Below are positions 24,299 to 50,177 of a stretch of 64,000 nucleotides of DNA, piece by piece; position 1 is the stretch's first letter, and each line of letters opens with the position of its first letter. A model generated the notes under the pieces. It did not search any database. It was not told the origin of the DNA and saw nothing but the letters and a program-made list of their open reading frames with translations. The stretch lies in assembly GCF_009914755.1 (NCBI RefSeq), contig NC_060947.1; one strand, given 5' to 3'. The stretch is from the human T2T-CHM13v2.0 reference genome, Homo sapiens. Both the position numbers and the translations under genes were made by a program.

Positions 24299-24407
24299 GA
24301 AAGAAAATTTTTTCCTGATGAGAAAATGTCTGACAGTTTTCCTCAAAATTTGTATCGTTGTACAGATGTCCAAGTTGGTAGCTCAGGAAGTCTGTAATTA
24401 CCAACAA

Positions 24408-25693
24408 CATTCTTCATCATCGTCACTGTCATCACCATCATCATCATCATCCTCACTGTCACCATCATCATCACCCTCATCATCATCATCCTCACCATCA
24501 TCATCATCCTCACCATCATCATCACCATCATCACCATCACCATCGTCATCATCCTCACCATCATCATCACCATCATCACCATCACCATTATCATCCTCAC
24601 CATCCTCACCATCATCATCATCCTCACCATCATCATCACCATCATCACCATCACCATTATCATCCTCACCATCATCACCATGATCATCATCCTCACCATC
24701 ATCATCACCATCATCGCCATCATCCTCACTGTCACCATCATCATCCTCACCATCATCATCACCATCCTCACCATCATCCTCACTGTCACCATCATCATCC
24801 TCACCATCATCATCCTCACCATCATCATCACCATCATCATCACCATCATCATCCTCACCATCATCATCACCATCATCATCCTCACCATCATCCTCACCAT
24901 CATCATCCTCACCATCATCATCCTCACCATCATCATCCTCACCATCATCATCACCATCATCATCCTCACCATCATCATCCTCACCATCATCATCCTCACC
25001 ATCATCCTCACCATCATCATCCTCACCATCATCATCCTCACCATCATCATCACCATCATCATCCTCACCATCATCATCATCACCATCATCATCACCATCA
25101 TCATCCTCACCATCATCATCACCATCATCATCCTCACCATCATCATCACCATCATCATCCTCACCATCATCATCCTCACCATCATCATCCTCACCATCAC
25201 CATCATCATCCTCACCATCATCATCACCATCATCATCCTCACCATCATCATCCTCACCATCATCACCATCACCATCCTCACCATCATCATCCTCACCATC
25301 ATCATCACCATCATCATCACCGTCATCATCACCGCCATCATCCTCATACACATCATCATCATCCTCACCATCATCCTCACCATCATCATCCTCACCATCA
25401 TCATCCTCACCATCATCATCACCGTCATCATCCTCACCAACATCATCACTGCCATCATCCTCATACACATCATCATCATCCTCACCATCATCATCACCAT
25501 CCTCACCATCATCACTCTCGCCATAATCATCACCATCATCATCCTCGCCATCATCATCGCTGTCGCCATCATCACCATCATCATCCTCACCATCACCATC
25601 ACCACTGTCACCATCATCATCACCATCATCCTCATCGTCACCATCATCATCACCATCTTCATTATCACCATCACCATCATCATTATTATCACC
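24408..25693. repeat. ~1.29 kb imperfect trinucleotide repeat (CAT/CAC/CCT)n with 12- and 15-nt higher-order units
   Basis: Directly visible. Core units are CCATCATCATCCTCA and CCATCATCATCA. Confidence 0.97.
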
Positions 25694-26595
25694 AAGCTTA
25701 AATGCTTGCTTTGCCCTCTTTTCCAGAGACTCTTGACCTCTGGTTTTACTGTGTGTACCAGAAAAGTCTTCGTAATTATGTGGCCTCTGATTGTTTTTTC
25801 TAAGAGAGTAAGAGGAATCACGGTGGACGTATTCTGCCTGAATGTGTCAAAACCGTGCTAAGAGCTCTGAACATGAATATTAACATTGGGTATTTACTTT
25901 TCCTGTTCCTACGTGTCTGTTTTTTAAAAAAACAATTTTATCATGGACATTGAGGATGATACGTTGTGGTGCAGTCAGGTATTTTCCTTTATAGAAAGAG
26001 TCTATTCCTCTATAGAAGAGTCTATCAGACAGTTAGCTTCGCTGGATATACACTTTAATCTTTGTGTTTGCTGAAGTGGGCAGGAGTTTAAATATCTGCT
26101 CAGTTCTTTCAACATCACACTGATGGATTCCTCTTGGTTCTCTGAGGTCTCCCCACACATGCATAATCCAGATGACCAAATATTTGGGCAGCGTTCAAAT
26201 CCAGACTTGGAGTTCCCTTAAACCGTTGCATATTCCCCTTTTAAACATTTCCTCCTCGTGTTGCAGGGTCTCTGGCAGCTGCCAGCTCTCTCGTGACTCT
26301 TCAGGCTAGTAAACCTGCAGAAGTTCTCACTTCCCCAGAATTAAGCGACTTTGGGAAGCCCCCTGCAGAAAGGACGTGCAAATGCTAATCTTCACAGGGC
26401 AGTTCCCCATTTGTCAGAGAGTTCCTCTGCCCACATTTCTGCCTGTTTGGGGCCAAGGGTCTTCACATCGTTTTTTAAAAGGCTTCATCCAGAGTTTATC
26501 CTTGTGATCTCCGGGACGTTCTGTCCAATACACACTATTCTTCAACGACTGGAAGTGAGAGTCGAGAATTAAGAGCAACTTTAAGGATTCAGATT

Positions 26596-27587
<992 letters not shown>

Positions 27588-27769
27588 TTATTATTATTAC
27601 ACAGAAGTTTGCTCATTGTTAAGCCTTCTCATACTCAATATTGGATATTTTCTCCACCGTAATAACACCAGAAACCTATTATCCACTGTTTCAATAAGGA
27701 AATTAAATCACTTAGAAGTGTTTCGTTTTCAAAAATCTACTGACGCGTTTCTTAAGTGTGTGTAGGACA

Positions 27770-29360
<1,591 letters not shown>

Positions 29361-29456
29361 TAAATCGACATTAAATGTCAAATTGCACTCTGTTAAAGAA
29401 TCAAGATTAAGATTCAAGTTCCTCTCAATAAACTACAGATTAAAAACCCCTCAAAG

Positions 29457-30914
<1,458 letters not shown>

Positions 30915-31182
30915 TGATAGAGTTATTTTTTTCTTATATTTCATCACATATCCATGCCTGGGTTACCTTCCATAGTGTTATTTTACCACAACGACAACAA
31001 AATTCCTTTAAAAATTTTTTTCTAGAAATCCATAAATACATATGTCAACAAAGTTAAGCTGTTGAGTTAAGCCTAGTTAGGTGAAGGTTTGCCTTAGAGG
31101 TAGTGTGTTTAGACTTGACTTGGGAAAAATAGACACATATTGGAGGAATCCTCTGGAATTTAAGGGCACGGAAGAATGTTGG

Positions 31183-31533
31183 TGATATGGTTTGACTGTC
31201 CCCACCCAAATCTCATCTGAATTGTAGCTCCCGTATTTCCCACGTGGTGTGGGAGGGACCAGGTGGGAGATAACTGAATCATGAGGGCGGTTTCCCCGAT
31301 ACTGCTCTTGTGGTAGTGAATGAGTCTCAAGAGAACTGATGGTTTTATAAGGGGAAACCCCCTTCACTTGGCTCTCATTTTCTCTTGCCTCCACCATGTA
31401 AGATGTGCCTTTCGCCTTCCACCATGACTGTGAGGCCTCCCCGTCACGTGGAACTGCGAGTCCATTAAACCTCTTTTCATGATCAATTATCGGGTCTCCT
31501 CAGGTATGTCTTTATCAGCAGAGTGTGAACACA
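31183..31533 (+). mobile_element. THE1B solo LTR
   Basis: Starts TGATATGGTTTG with a THE1B body. TSD GTTGG at 31178-31182 and 31534-31538. Confidence 0.9.
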
Positions 31534-32686
31534 GTTGGTTTCCTGGTAATTTGCAGTGATAGCCAAAGGGTCTGTGCAGTGCATAGACACATATTTCTAG
31601 GGCAAGAGGGCAGGGGCTGTGCACACACAGATGGGTGTAGCAGGAAGAAGGTGGTGCAGGCAAGCTGAACAGTGAAAGAGGATTTAGTGCAGGGACTCTT
31701 TACTGAAGTCTAGCCAGAATGTTAGGGAAAGCATTCAGAGATGGTGCAGAACCTGCAGGCTGGGAAACAGGAGCGCTCACCCCCAACTCGAGAATGATGG
31801 CAAAGGAAAGAGAGAGAGGCTAGAACCCAGCGAGGGAGAACTCAATGAACAACGCCACCTGACAGGTGCTAGGACACTGGATTAGAGGAGAAAGCCAATG
31901 TCAGATGGAACCCAGGGCTAAATCCCTCCAACTTTACTCTCCTCCTGTCTCCAACCTCAGTGGCAATTCCCCAGGGTCAGAACCAAAAATGGCAGCCAGA
32001 AGGCAAGAGAACCCTATGGATGTAGTATCTGTGAGTCATCCTCAGCCTCCTTGCCTCCCCATTCCCCCTGCCACTCTCCCCTGGGTTGAGAAGGTTGGAG
32101 AAGTGTACAAAGTGGGTCAGAGAAACAAAAGGAAGAAAGTTGGCACAAGCATTCAAGAAAAGTGATAGCAGGTATAGGAGAAAGGGATGTGCCATGCTTT
32201 TGTACCATTGAAACATTTTAATAGGGGAACAAAAAACTCTAATTAGTATGTGACAAAGGAAAAACAGAAGGGACTGAGGAAGGCGGGGAGGGAGAGCGTT
32301 TATTCATTTAGCAGAGATGTCTGACTGCCAGGCGGACGCAGGACCTGAAAAACACCCAGGGACTGTAGTGAATCAAACTCAGCCCTGTTTGTTTCGAATG
32401 CACTCAACGTTAGCCCCGACTCCGGCGAGATTTCATCGTTTTGGGAAAGATTCGTTGGCATCCTCTCTAAAAGCATTTGCCCAAATATGTTTTTAGAAAG
32501 CAAGCACGTTTTTTTCCCCTTGGATCACTACATGAAAAAATACTTGGAAATAGTGCTAATATGTGAATGTAATTAATGTCACTGCATGGTACACTTAAAC
32601 ATGATTAACACGGGGCCCCGGATGTTTTATATATATATTATCATAATTAATACATATTACATTTTAGCATCCTTTACCTCCCTCCA

Positions 32687-33378
32687 CGTATTAGTCCATT
32701 TTCATGCTGCTGATAAAGACATACCTGAGACAGGGTAATTTATTTTTTATTTTATTTATTTACTTATTTTTTTGAGACAGAATCTCCTTCTGTTGCCCAG
32801 GCTAAAGTGCGGTGGTGCGATCTTGGCTCACTGCAACCTCCATCTCCTTTGATCAAGCGATTCTCCTACCTCAGCCTCCCTATTAGCTGGGATTACAGGC
32901 GTGCAGCACCACGCCTGGCTAATTTTTTTATTTTTTAGTAGAGATGGGGTTTCACCATGTTGGCCAGGCTGGTCTCAAACCCCCAACCTCAGGTGATCTG
33001 CCTGCCTCGGCCTCCCAAAGTGCTGTGATTACAGGCGTGAGCCACCATGCCTGGCCAAGACTGGGTAATTTATAAAGAAAAAGAGGTTTAATGGACTCAG
33101 AGATTCACGTTGCTGGGGAGGTCTCACCGTCATGGCGGAAGGCGAAAGGGATGTCTTACATGGCAGCAGGCAAGAAAGAAAATGAAAGTCAAGTGAAAGG
33201 GGAAACCTCTTATAAAACCATCAGATTTCATGAGACTTATTTACTACATGAGAACAGTGTGGGGGAAACCGCCCCATGATTCAATTATCTCCCACTGGGT
33301 ACCTCCCACAATAAATGGGTATTATGGGAGCTATAATTCAAGATGAGATTTAGCTGGGGACACAGCCAAACCATATCA
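32687..33378 (-). mobile_element. THE1B solo LTR with an Alu insertion (-, ~32740-33056)
   Basis: cgtattagtccattttcatgctgctgataaagacatacc ... acagccaaaccatatca. Confidence 0.9.
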
Positions 33379-34132
33379 CCCCCAAAACACAAGACACACA
33401 AATGCATAGACACAAACAGACACACACACACTCAAGGATTTAATGATTCTATTTTTTGAATGTGTGTTTACTTAAACTATACTATTAATCTTCATACAAA
33501 CTAAATTTGTTCTCACCTTTTCTGGAAGAATCACATGATCAAAGATTTGAGTTCTCCATGAGAGAATAGGGGGAAGAATTCACACCACAATTCCCAGCCT
33601 AATATCAGAATATCAGACATCCAACTAGAAGCTAAGGTGCTTTTCCTGAGGCAGTTTAGTCATGAATGGATGTTTGTTTGTTGTCGTGTTTATATATAGC
33701 TTCTACCCTACTTTATTCTAAAATGGCCATGGCATTGATAGCTGAAAATAATGTCTGAACCTCTTTAAAAAAAATGTCTTTCCAAGTTTTAAATGCATTT
33801 ACAGCCCAAGGATTGCAAGATTCTTGTGAATTGGTTTGGCAAAGATTCCCCCAGGCATTGCACCGTCATGGCTGGGTCACCTTCCAGAGTGCTGTTTTCA
33901 AATCATTGGTTTTCTTTTACAATTTTTCTTCTAAAAATCTATAAACATATGTTACCATATGTCAACAAAGTTAAGCCATTTAGTTAGGCCAATTAGGTAA
34001 AGCTTTGTATTGGCAGCAGTATCACTACAGGTGATTGGGGAATAGGTGAGAATTGGATAGAGAATGGGTCAACATTTTCAGAGTGGAACTACCAAACATA
34101 GAAAGAAAACCCAGGCCTTTCTCCATGATTAA

Positions 34133-35502
<1,370 letters not shown>

Positions 35503-35855
35503 GCATAAAATCATATCTTTTGCAGCAACATGAATACAGCTGGAGTCCATAATCCTGTCAATTAATGCTGAAACAGAAAACCAAATACCACATATTCTTA
35601 TTTATAAGGGTGGGGCTAAGCATTGCGTACACATGGACTTATGTCATGGGAAGAGCAGTCACTGGGGAATACAAGTGGGGGTAGAGAATAGGAGGATAAG
35701 GGTTGAAAAAGCTCCTTTTGGGCACTATGCTCACTACCTGGGTGACGGTTTCATCTGTACGCCAAATCTCAGCATCACACAATATACCTTTATAACAAAC
35801 CTGCACAGGTACCCACTGATTCTAAAATAAAAGTTGAAAAACAATTAAAAAAATA
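35503..35855 (+). mobile_element. L1PB/L1MA-type 3' end
   Basis: aaatcatatcttttgcagcaacatg...aacctgcacaggtacccactgattctaaaataaaagttgaaaaa. Confidence 0.8.
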
Positions 35856-35994
35856 AAGTGGTGCTTGCCACTCTTGGAACAGGCCTTGGTCCAGTCTGAA
35901 CCAGCCTTTGCAAATGAATTGGTAGAGACGCAAAGTTTCTACTCTAAATAGGTCAATAATGCCTTCTGGAATTGTAAGAAATAAGGAAATTCTC

Positions 35995-37809
<1,815 letters not shown>

Positions 37810-37844
37810 TGGTAATTAAATATTTGATGCATGAATTGGTTACG

Positions 37845-38430
37845 GGTCGAAGTATATTTCCTGTCCCCCAAAGATACGCTAAAATGATAACCCTTGGGAC
37901 CTATGAGTGTGACTTTCTTTGAAACCAGAGTTCTTCTACATATTATTAATTACATGAAAACGAGATCATACTGGATTAAGGTGGGCCCTGATCCAATCAC
38001 CTGTCTGTGCTGCTATCACGAAAATATCATAGACTTGGTGGCTTGTAAACAACAGACATTGATTGACTGGGTGTCTTATAAACAACAGACGTTTATTGAC
38101 TGGGTGGCTTATAAACAACAGATAGTTGTTGACCGGGTGGCTTATAAACAATAGACATTTATTGCTCACCTTCTGGACGCTGGAAGTGCCAGATCAAGGT
38201 ATGACAGATTGAGTGACTCGAGGGGACTGTCTCTGTTTCCAAGATGGCGCCCTGTTGCTGTGTGCTCACGTAGCCTTAGAGCCCAGCCTGTTCCCTCCAG
38301 CTCTTTTACAGAGCGCTAATCCCATCCATTAAGGCAGATCCCTCATGAGTTCATCACTTCCTAAAGGTCCCACCTCTTAATAAGGTTGCATCGGGGATTA
38401 AATCTCAACAGGACTTTTGGAGGGAGGCTG
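37845..38430. mobile_element. MLT1-type LTR fragments in opposite orientations, including a 33 bp x4 internal tandem repeat (38032-38164)
   Basis: gagatcatactggattaaggtgggccct is MLT1-like on +. gactgggtggcttataaacaacagacatttattgctcac is MLT1A-like on -. Confidence 0.7.
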
Positions 38431-39269
38431 TTGTCATTTCACCTTTCAGCACAGACCAAACATCGCCCCTTAAAAAACCAGGAAGCTTCCCCAGAGAGAA
38501 TATAAATTATGTCACTAGATTTTATCTGTGTGTCCTGCGTCTCTCTGTTTCACGTTCTGTGGGACTTCTTATCCTTCAGTGAATTATTTGAACTGGATCT
38601 CTAGGGCATGTTTCTGAAGGGCTTGACTTGTTTTAAAAATTGAACAAATACATTATTCATCTTAGCTTATTTCCTGTTCTGAGTTTTTTTTTCTTTAATG
38701 GGAGACAGAAGAAAGCCAATTTATATAACAGATCTGATTGCCAAATCAGTAGTCTTTACATGTTCTTGCCTTTCAGCTAAAACTGCAAGTTAAAACTAGA
38801 GTTTTTTTGTCTTTTGTTTTTGTGCATTTAAATCCTTCTATTTTAAAATAATATGCTTAAAAAAATAAAGAAAAATAGCCACCCATGCAACTCTCTCTCA
38901 TTTGATATTTTCATTCACAGCCGGTGTTGGTCCCACCCGTCAGATATCTAGACTGTCATTTGGTGATGAGATTTTCCCACCTGGGTGCTAAAGAGACCAC
39001 CAGGTTTTTCACCGTGTTACTCAACGCTGGCACTTAGCTCCAGTTCTCAACAATAGACAGTTTTCACAAGGCCTGTTGCTCACAGGGTCTCTGCAGAAAT
39101 ATTTTGACATCCTAAAATCTGCTTCCTGTTGGTGTACCTCCTTCTGTGGAAGAAAAAGAGGATAAAAAGCACATCTTTCTTAAAACCCAGTCTTCATTGA
39201 GTAACAGAACATCTTTATGGAGCATTATTCATCTCCTGAAGACCAGATGATGTTGCTCATTCATCAACT

Positions 39270-39960
39270 TGATCATTAAAAAGTCAGGAAACAACAGATG
39301 CTGGAGAGGATGTGGAGAAATAGGAACGCCTTTACACTGTTGGTGGGAGTGTAAGTTAGTTCAACCATTGTGGAAGACAGTGTGGCGATTCCTCAAGGAT
39401 CTAGAACCAGAAATACCATTTGACCCAGCAATCCCGTTACTGGGTATATACCCAAAGGATTATAAATCATCCTACTATAAAGACACATGCACATGTATGT
39501 TTACTGCAACACTGTTCACAATAACAAATACTTGGAACCAACCCAAATGCCAATCAATGATAGACTAGATGAAGAAAATGTGGCACATACACACCATGGA
39601 ATACTATGCAGCCATAAAAAAGGATGAGCTCATGTCATTTGCAAGGACATGGATGAAGCTAGAAACCATCATCCTCAGGAAACTAACACAGGAACAGAAA
39701 ACCAAACACTGCATGTTCTCACTCATAAGTGGGAGGTGAACAATGAGAACACATGGACACAGGGAGGGGAACATCACATACCAGGGCCTGTCAGGGGGTG
39801 GGGGCCTGGGGGAGGGACAGCATTAAGAGAAATACCTAATGTAGATGACAGGTTGATGGGTGCAGCAAACCACCATGGCACGTGTGTATGTATGTAACAA
39901 AACTGCACGTTCTGCACATTTCCCCAGAACTTAAAGTATAATAATAAAAAATAATAATAA
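39270..39960 (+). mobile_element. 5'-truncated L1PA (approx. L1PA6-8): ORF2 C-terminus plus 3' UTR
   Basis: ORF 39269..39568 reads [44 protein letters not shown], the L1 ORF2p Cys-rich region, and stops prematurely. G-rich 3' UTR and A-tail follow. Confidence 0.95.
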
Positions 39961-40525
39961 TTTTTTTTGATGAAAGGACATAGTTGAAACTGCATCTTTA
40001 AGTGGTGACCTCCCTGGCTCTGGCTTCTTGTCCCTTTGTGGGCAAGAGGAGAAAGACATTCTGCTTGAATGGAAACCGAAGGTTTCTCCAAGCATGAAGG
40101 AAGAAGAGGGGGGTTACCAAAGATTGTTAGAAGTCAGGACTTACCTTGACATATAGCAGAAGCAAGGAACCAGGGTTTCCACTCTGTGAGTTTGGAAGAA
40201 GCTGAGCAGGAACAACAGAGATATGTCCCTGAGGGTGGACCTCATTCTTCGAGGTCCTATGCTAGCAAAACAGGTGCTGGAGAGGAGGATGTACTCATTA
40301 TTGCTTTATTTCATTCTACCATTTTTTTTCTTCAGATATGATACTTACTTCTATCCCCTATATTTCTTAGCTTTGCTTTTATACTTCCTATTTCTTTTTC
40401 CTTTTTCTTTCTATGAAATTTCTTCTATCTTGTCTATAATTTTGGTGATTTCTCCCTCACCTATATACATTCTGCTGTTTATCTACTGAAAAATTTATTT
40501 CATTGATTATATTTTTGCAACCTAA

Positions 40526-40894
<369 letters not shown>

Positions 40895-40944
40895 CCTTTT
40901 TTATTTTTTAGTATGCTTACTCGATGGATTATATATTATTATCC

Positions 40945-41374
40945 TGATAAAAGAAAAACTTCAGCCAAACTAAATTTAAAGGAGTTCAATTAAGCAATGA
41001 ATTTAACGGATCGGGCAGAATCACTGCAGATTCACAGAGACTCCACCGCAGCCATGTGATGCAAGAAGATTTATAGACATACAAAAATAAAAGGGAAATG
41101 ACATACAGAAATCAGCAGGGAGGTACAGAAACAGCTGGCTTGGTTACAGGTTGGCATTTGCCTTATTTGAACACGGGCTGAACTCTCAGCAGTGTATGAA
41201 TGGTTGAAGTATGGACGCTGGGATTGGCCAACACTCAGTTACGGTTACAGCCACATAAGCCTAAGTTAGGTTTTCAATCTTGCCTGCCTATTAAGCTAGG
41301 TAAGAGTTCATCCACAAGGACTCAAATATAGAAGTATGGACTGCTTCCCAGGCAATATTTAGTTTGATTTAACA
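40945..41374 (-). mobile_element. MER57-family ERV1 solo LTR
   Basis: Reverse complement runs TGTTAAATCAAACTAAATATTGCC...GGCTGAAGTTTTTCTTTTATCA. Confidence 0.75.
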
Positions 41375-41382
41375 ATTCTCAG

Positions 41383-44363
<2,981 letters not shown>

Positions 44364-44939
44364 TCAGTACCATACGTTTTACTATAGATATCATCTCCAA
44401 GGAGGGCAGAGAGAAGAGTAAAAATAGCAAAATTCAGAGATGGTTACACACTTTCTTTTTGTTGTTATTGTTTTCATTCCTTTGTCCTCTGCTACATCAC
44501 AGGCTTTCAGTTCTCCAAGTGGGATGCGCTGTGGTGCTTATTTAATTTCAGTCTCCTTTTCCCAGTCACCTGTTAGGAAGCTGTGGGTTCGTCCTTGTTC
44601 AATTAGTCATGGAATTTGAACACTGATAATGGCTTCTGAAATGTAATTTAAATTGTAGATTTGTGATATCTGCTAGTATGTATTCATTCTCAAAGCCAGC
44701 CTCATTTTTATTAGTCACAGTTTTGAATTATTTACTAGTTTCTTTCATTAGAATTGAAAAATGATATTTTAGATTGTTTCAGATGTCTGTGCCTTAAAGT
44801 AAATGAAAATGGGAGCTGAAAGAAATCTATATCTTTCTTACTCTGAGAGCAATTCATGGACATTCCCTTCTGTTTATAGTTTCATAGGAGTTTTAAGTGA
44901 TTTTAAAATACAGGGCTTCCAGTTATATTGGGGGAATAA

Positions 44940-47877
<2,938 letters not shown>

Positions 47878-48867
47878 TTATAATAAGAAAAAATTATTGA
47901 ACATAATTATGTTACTCATGATGTGTCCATCCTCACTCCCCCAAAAAATTGGCATCAAAATCTCACTTTGACTCCAGATGTTTACCAAAATGCATTCACT
48001 TTCAGCTGAAAGATGTTTTGTGGCCAAAAAGAAAAAAATAACCTGGAAATAGACCAATGTTTCCTCATGCTGCAAAAGGTCTGCTTTGGCTTGATAAGGC
48101 GATCAGGTGTTTGCAAAACATTTCCACCCTCTTTTTTTTTTAGTAACAGAAAAGTTGGCACTTCTGCTAGCCCAACATTTTTGCACACAGAAGTTTTCTC
48201 AGTTAAAAGCTGCCTGGGACGGTGCCTCCAGCTTGAAATTCTTCTGCATCTCTGCACAGCACTGTGCTGAATTTTGCAAGTGCCGCCAACAAGAAGCTGC
48301 GGCAGGGTGCTGGGAATTTCACAGAAAGCTATTCCCTTTTTCCTACCTGGTTATAGAAACTGCTTTTTCTTTAGAATGTTATAGTTACCCTTTGAATAGT
48401 GGCTTATCATTTCAATACATTTTTGTATGAATTTTAAATGCCTATATTCAACCCAACTTTTTCCTTTCTCCTAGGGGGCTGATACCGTCAGGACAGCGGC
48501 TTGCTGAAAGTTTTAACAATGAATTCTGCAAAAAAAAAAAAAAAAAAAAGAAACCCTGGTCAGAGCCTATGCCAATTTCTCTGGTGTAAATTTTCCTCTT
48601 GTGGTTGATTTAAAGGTACTCAGGTGAGATTATGGAATGCGGATTTGGAAAGAGATAATGCCCTGTTGGTTCTCATAAGCTCATACGAGCTACTCCTAGC
48701 ACCCCTGTATGTCAAGGTGTACAAGGCAGAGAAAGATGACAAGCTGGTGATCTTGGGAGGGAAAACCTTAGTCCCCACAGGTGATTGGTTCAAAGGGCGC
48801 TATGACCACTGCAGCAGGAGCACAATCTGATATGGAGTTCAATGCTCCTGGGAAGATGTGTTTAGAC

Positions 48868-49405
48868 CGGGGATCTCCAACCCCTAGCTGCAGATTTGTA
48901 CCAGTCTGTGGCCTGTTAGGAACTGGGATGCCCAGCAGGAGGTGAGCAGAAGGCACCTCTATTTACATCTGTATTTACAGCATCTGTATTTGCAGCTGCT
49001 TCTGATCACTGCCATTACCATCTGAGCTCTGCCTCCCGTCAGGTCAGTGGTGGCATTAGATTATCGTGGAAGCATGAATCCTATTGTGAACTGCCCATAT
49101 GAGAGATCGAAGTTGCATGCTCCTTATAAGAATCTAGTGCCTGATGATCTGTCACTGTCTCCCATCAACCCCAGATGGGACCATGTAGTTGCAGGAAAAC
49201 AAGTCACGGCTCCCACTGATTCTACATGATGGCAAGCTGTAGACTTATTTCACTATGTATTCCAATGTAATAGTAATAGAAATAAAGTGCACAATGAATG
49301 CAGGGTACTTGAATCATCCTGAAACCATCTGCCCATCCCCTGGTCCACGGAAAAATTGTCTTCCGCAAAACCTGTCCCTGGTGCCAAGAAGTTTGGGGAC
49401 CACTG
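48868..49405 (+). mobile_element. MER1A-type hAT-Charlie non-autonomous DNA transposon
   Basis: Imperfect TIRs CGGGGATCTCCAACC / GTTTGGGGACCACTG. Imperfect 8 bp TSD GTTTAGAC / GTGCAGAC. Length ~540 bp. Confidence 0.85.
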
Positions 49406-49457
49406 GTGCAGACCTTTCTCCCCTCCTTCTGAAAATCTTCTGGCCAGAGTCCTGCTG

Positions 49458-50003
49458 TGTGACGGTTAGGATTGAGGGTCAACTTGATCGGATTGAAGGA
49501 TGCAAAGCATTGTTCCTGGGTGTGTCTGTGAGGGTGTTTCCAAAGGAGATTCACATTTGAGTCAGTGGACTGGGAGATGCAGACCCACCCTCATTGTGGG
49601 TGGGAACGATCTCATCAGCTCCCAGTGTGGCTAGGATAAAAGCAGGCAGAGGAACATGGAATGAGAAGACTTGCTGAGTCTCCCGGCCTCCATCTTCCAC
49701 CCGTGCTGGCTGCTTCCTGCCCTCGAACATCAGACTCCAAGGTCTTCAGTGCTTGGACTCTTGGACCTACAGTGGTTTGCCAGGGGCCTATCGGGCCTTT
49801 GGCCACAGACTAAAGGCTGCACTTTCAGCTTCCCTACTTTTTAGGTTTAGGGACTCGGACTGGCTTCCTGGCTCCTCACCTTGCAGATGGGCTATTGTAG
49901 GACTTCACCTTGTGATTATGTGAGTCAGTTATCCTAGTAAATTCCCCTTCATATATACATCTATCTGATTAGTTCTGTCCCTCAAGAGCACCCTGACTAA
50001 TAT
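49458..50003 (+). mobile_element. MLT2A-type ERVL LTR
   Basis: tgtgacggttaggattgagggtcaacttgatcggattgaaggatgcaaag ... gttctgtccctcaagagcaccctgactaatata. Confidence 0.85.
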
Positions 50004-50177
50004 ATACTGGAAATGGCCTCTGTTACCCAGACATGTGCCTCCAAGGAGAAAGTTCTTGGAAGCCAGATGAGTTCTCTCTATGACCTTCAATTCAACACGT
50101 GGATGAAGGTGTGGAATGAGGCAGTAGGAAGGGCTCTGAGCCAGGCATGCTGAGAGCTTATCATCACATAACAACAC

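Noticed and set aside
24343-25861. Poly-Asp/Gly/Glu, poly-Met/Val and poly-Ile/Thr ORFs as real genes (e.g. an acidic biomineralisation-like protein)
   Set aside because: They are translations of a simple trinucleotide repeat, with no signal peptide, domain or splice evidence. Kept only as a repeat finding.
39269-39568. Zinc-knuckle ORF as a gene or active L1
   Set aside because: It is a 5'-truncated L1 ORF2 remnant of ~0.7 kb with a premature stop.
48868-49405. Functional link between the MER1 hAT element and the nearby hAT-derived ZBED1
   Set aside because: MER1 is a common Charlie-family fossil with degenerate TIRs. Proximity alone is not evidence.
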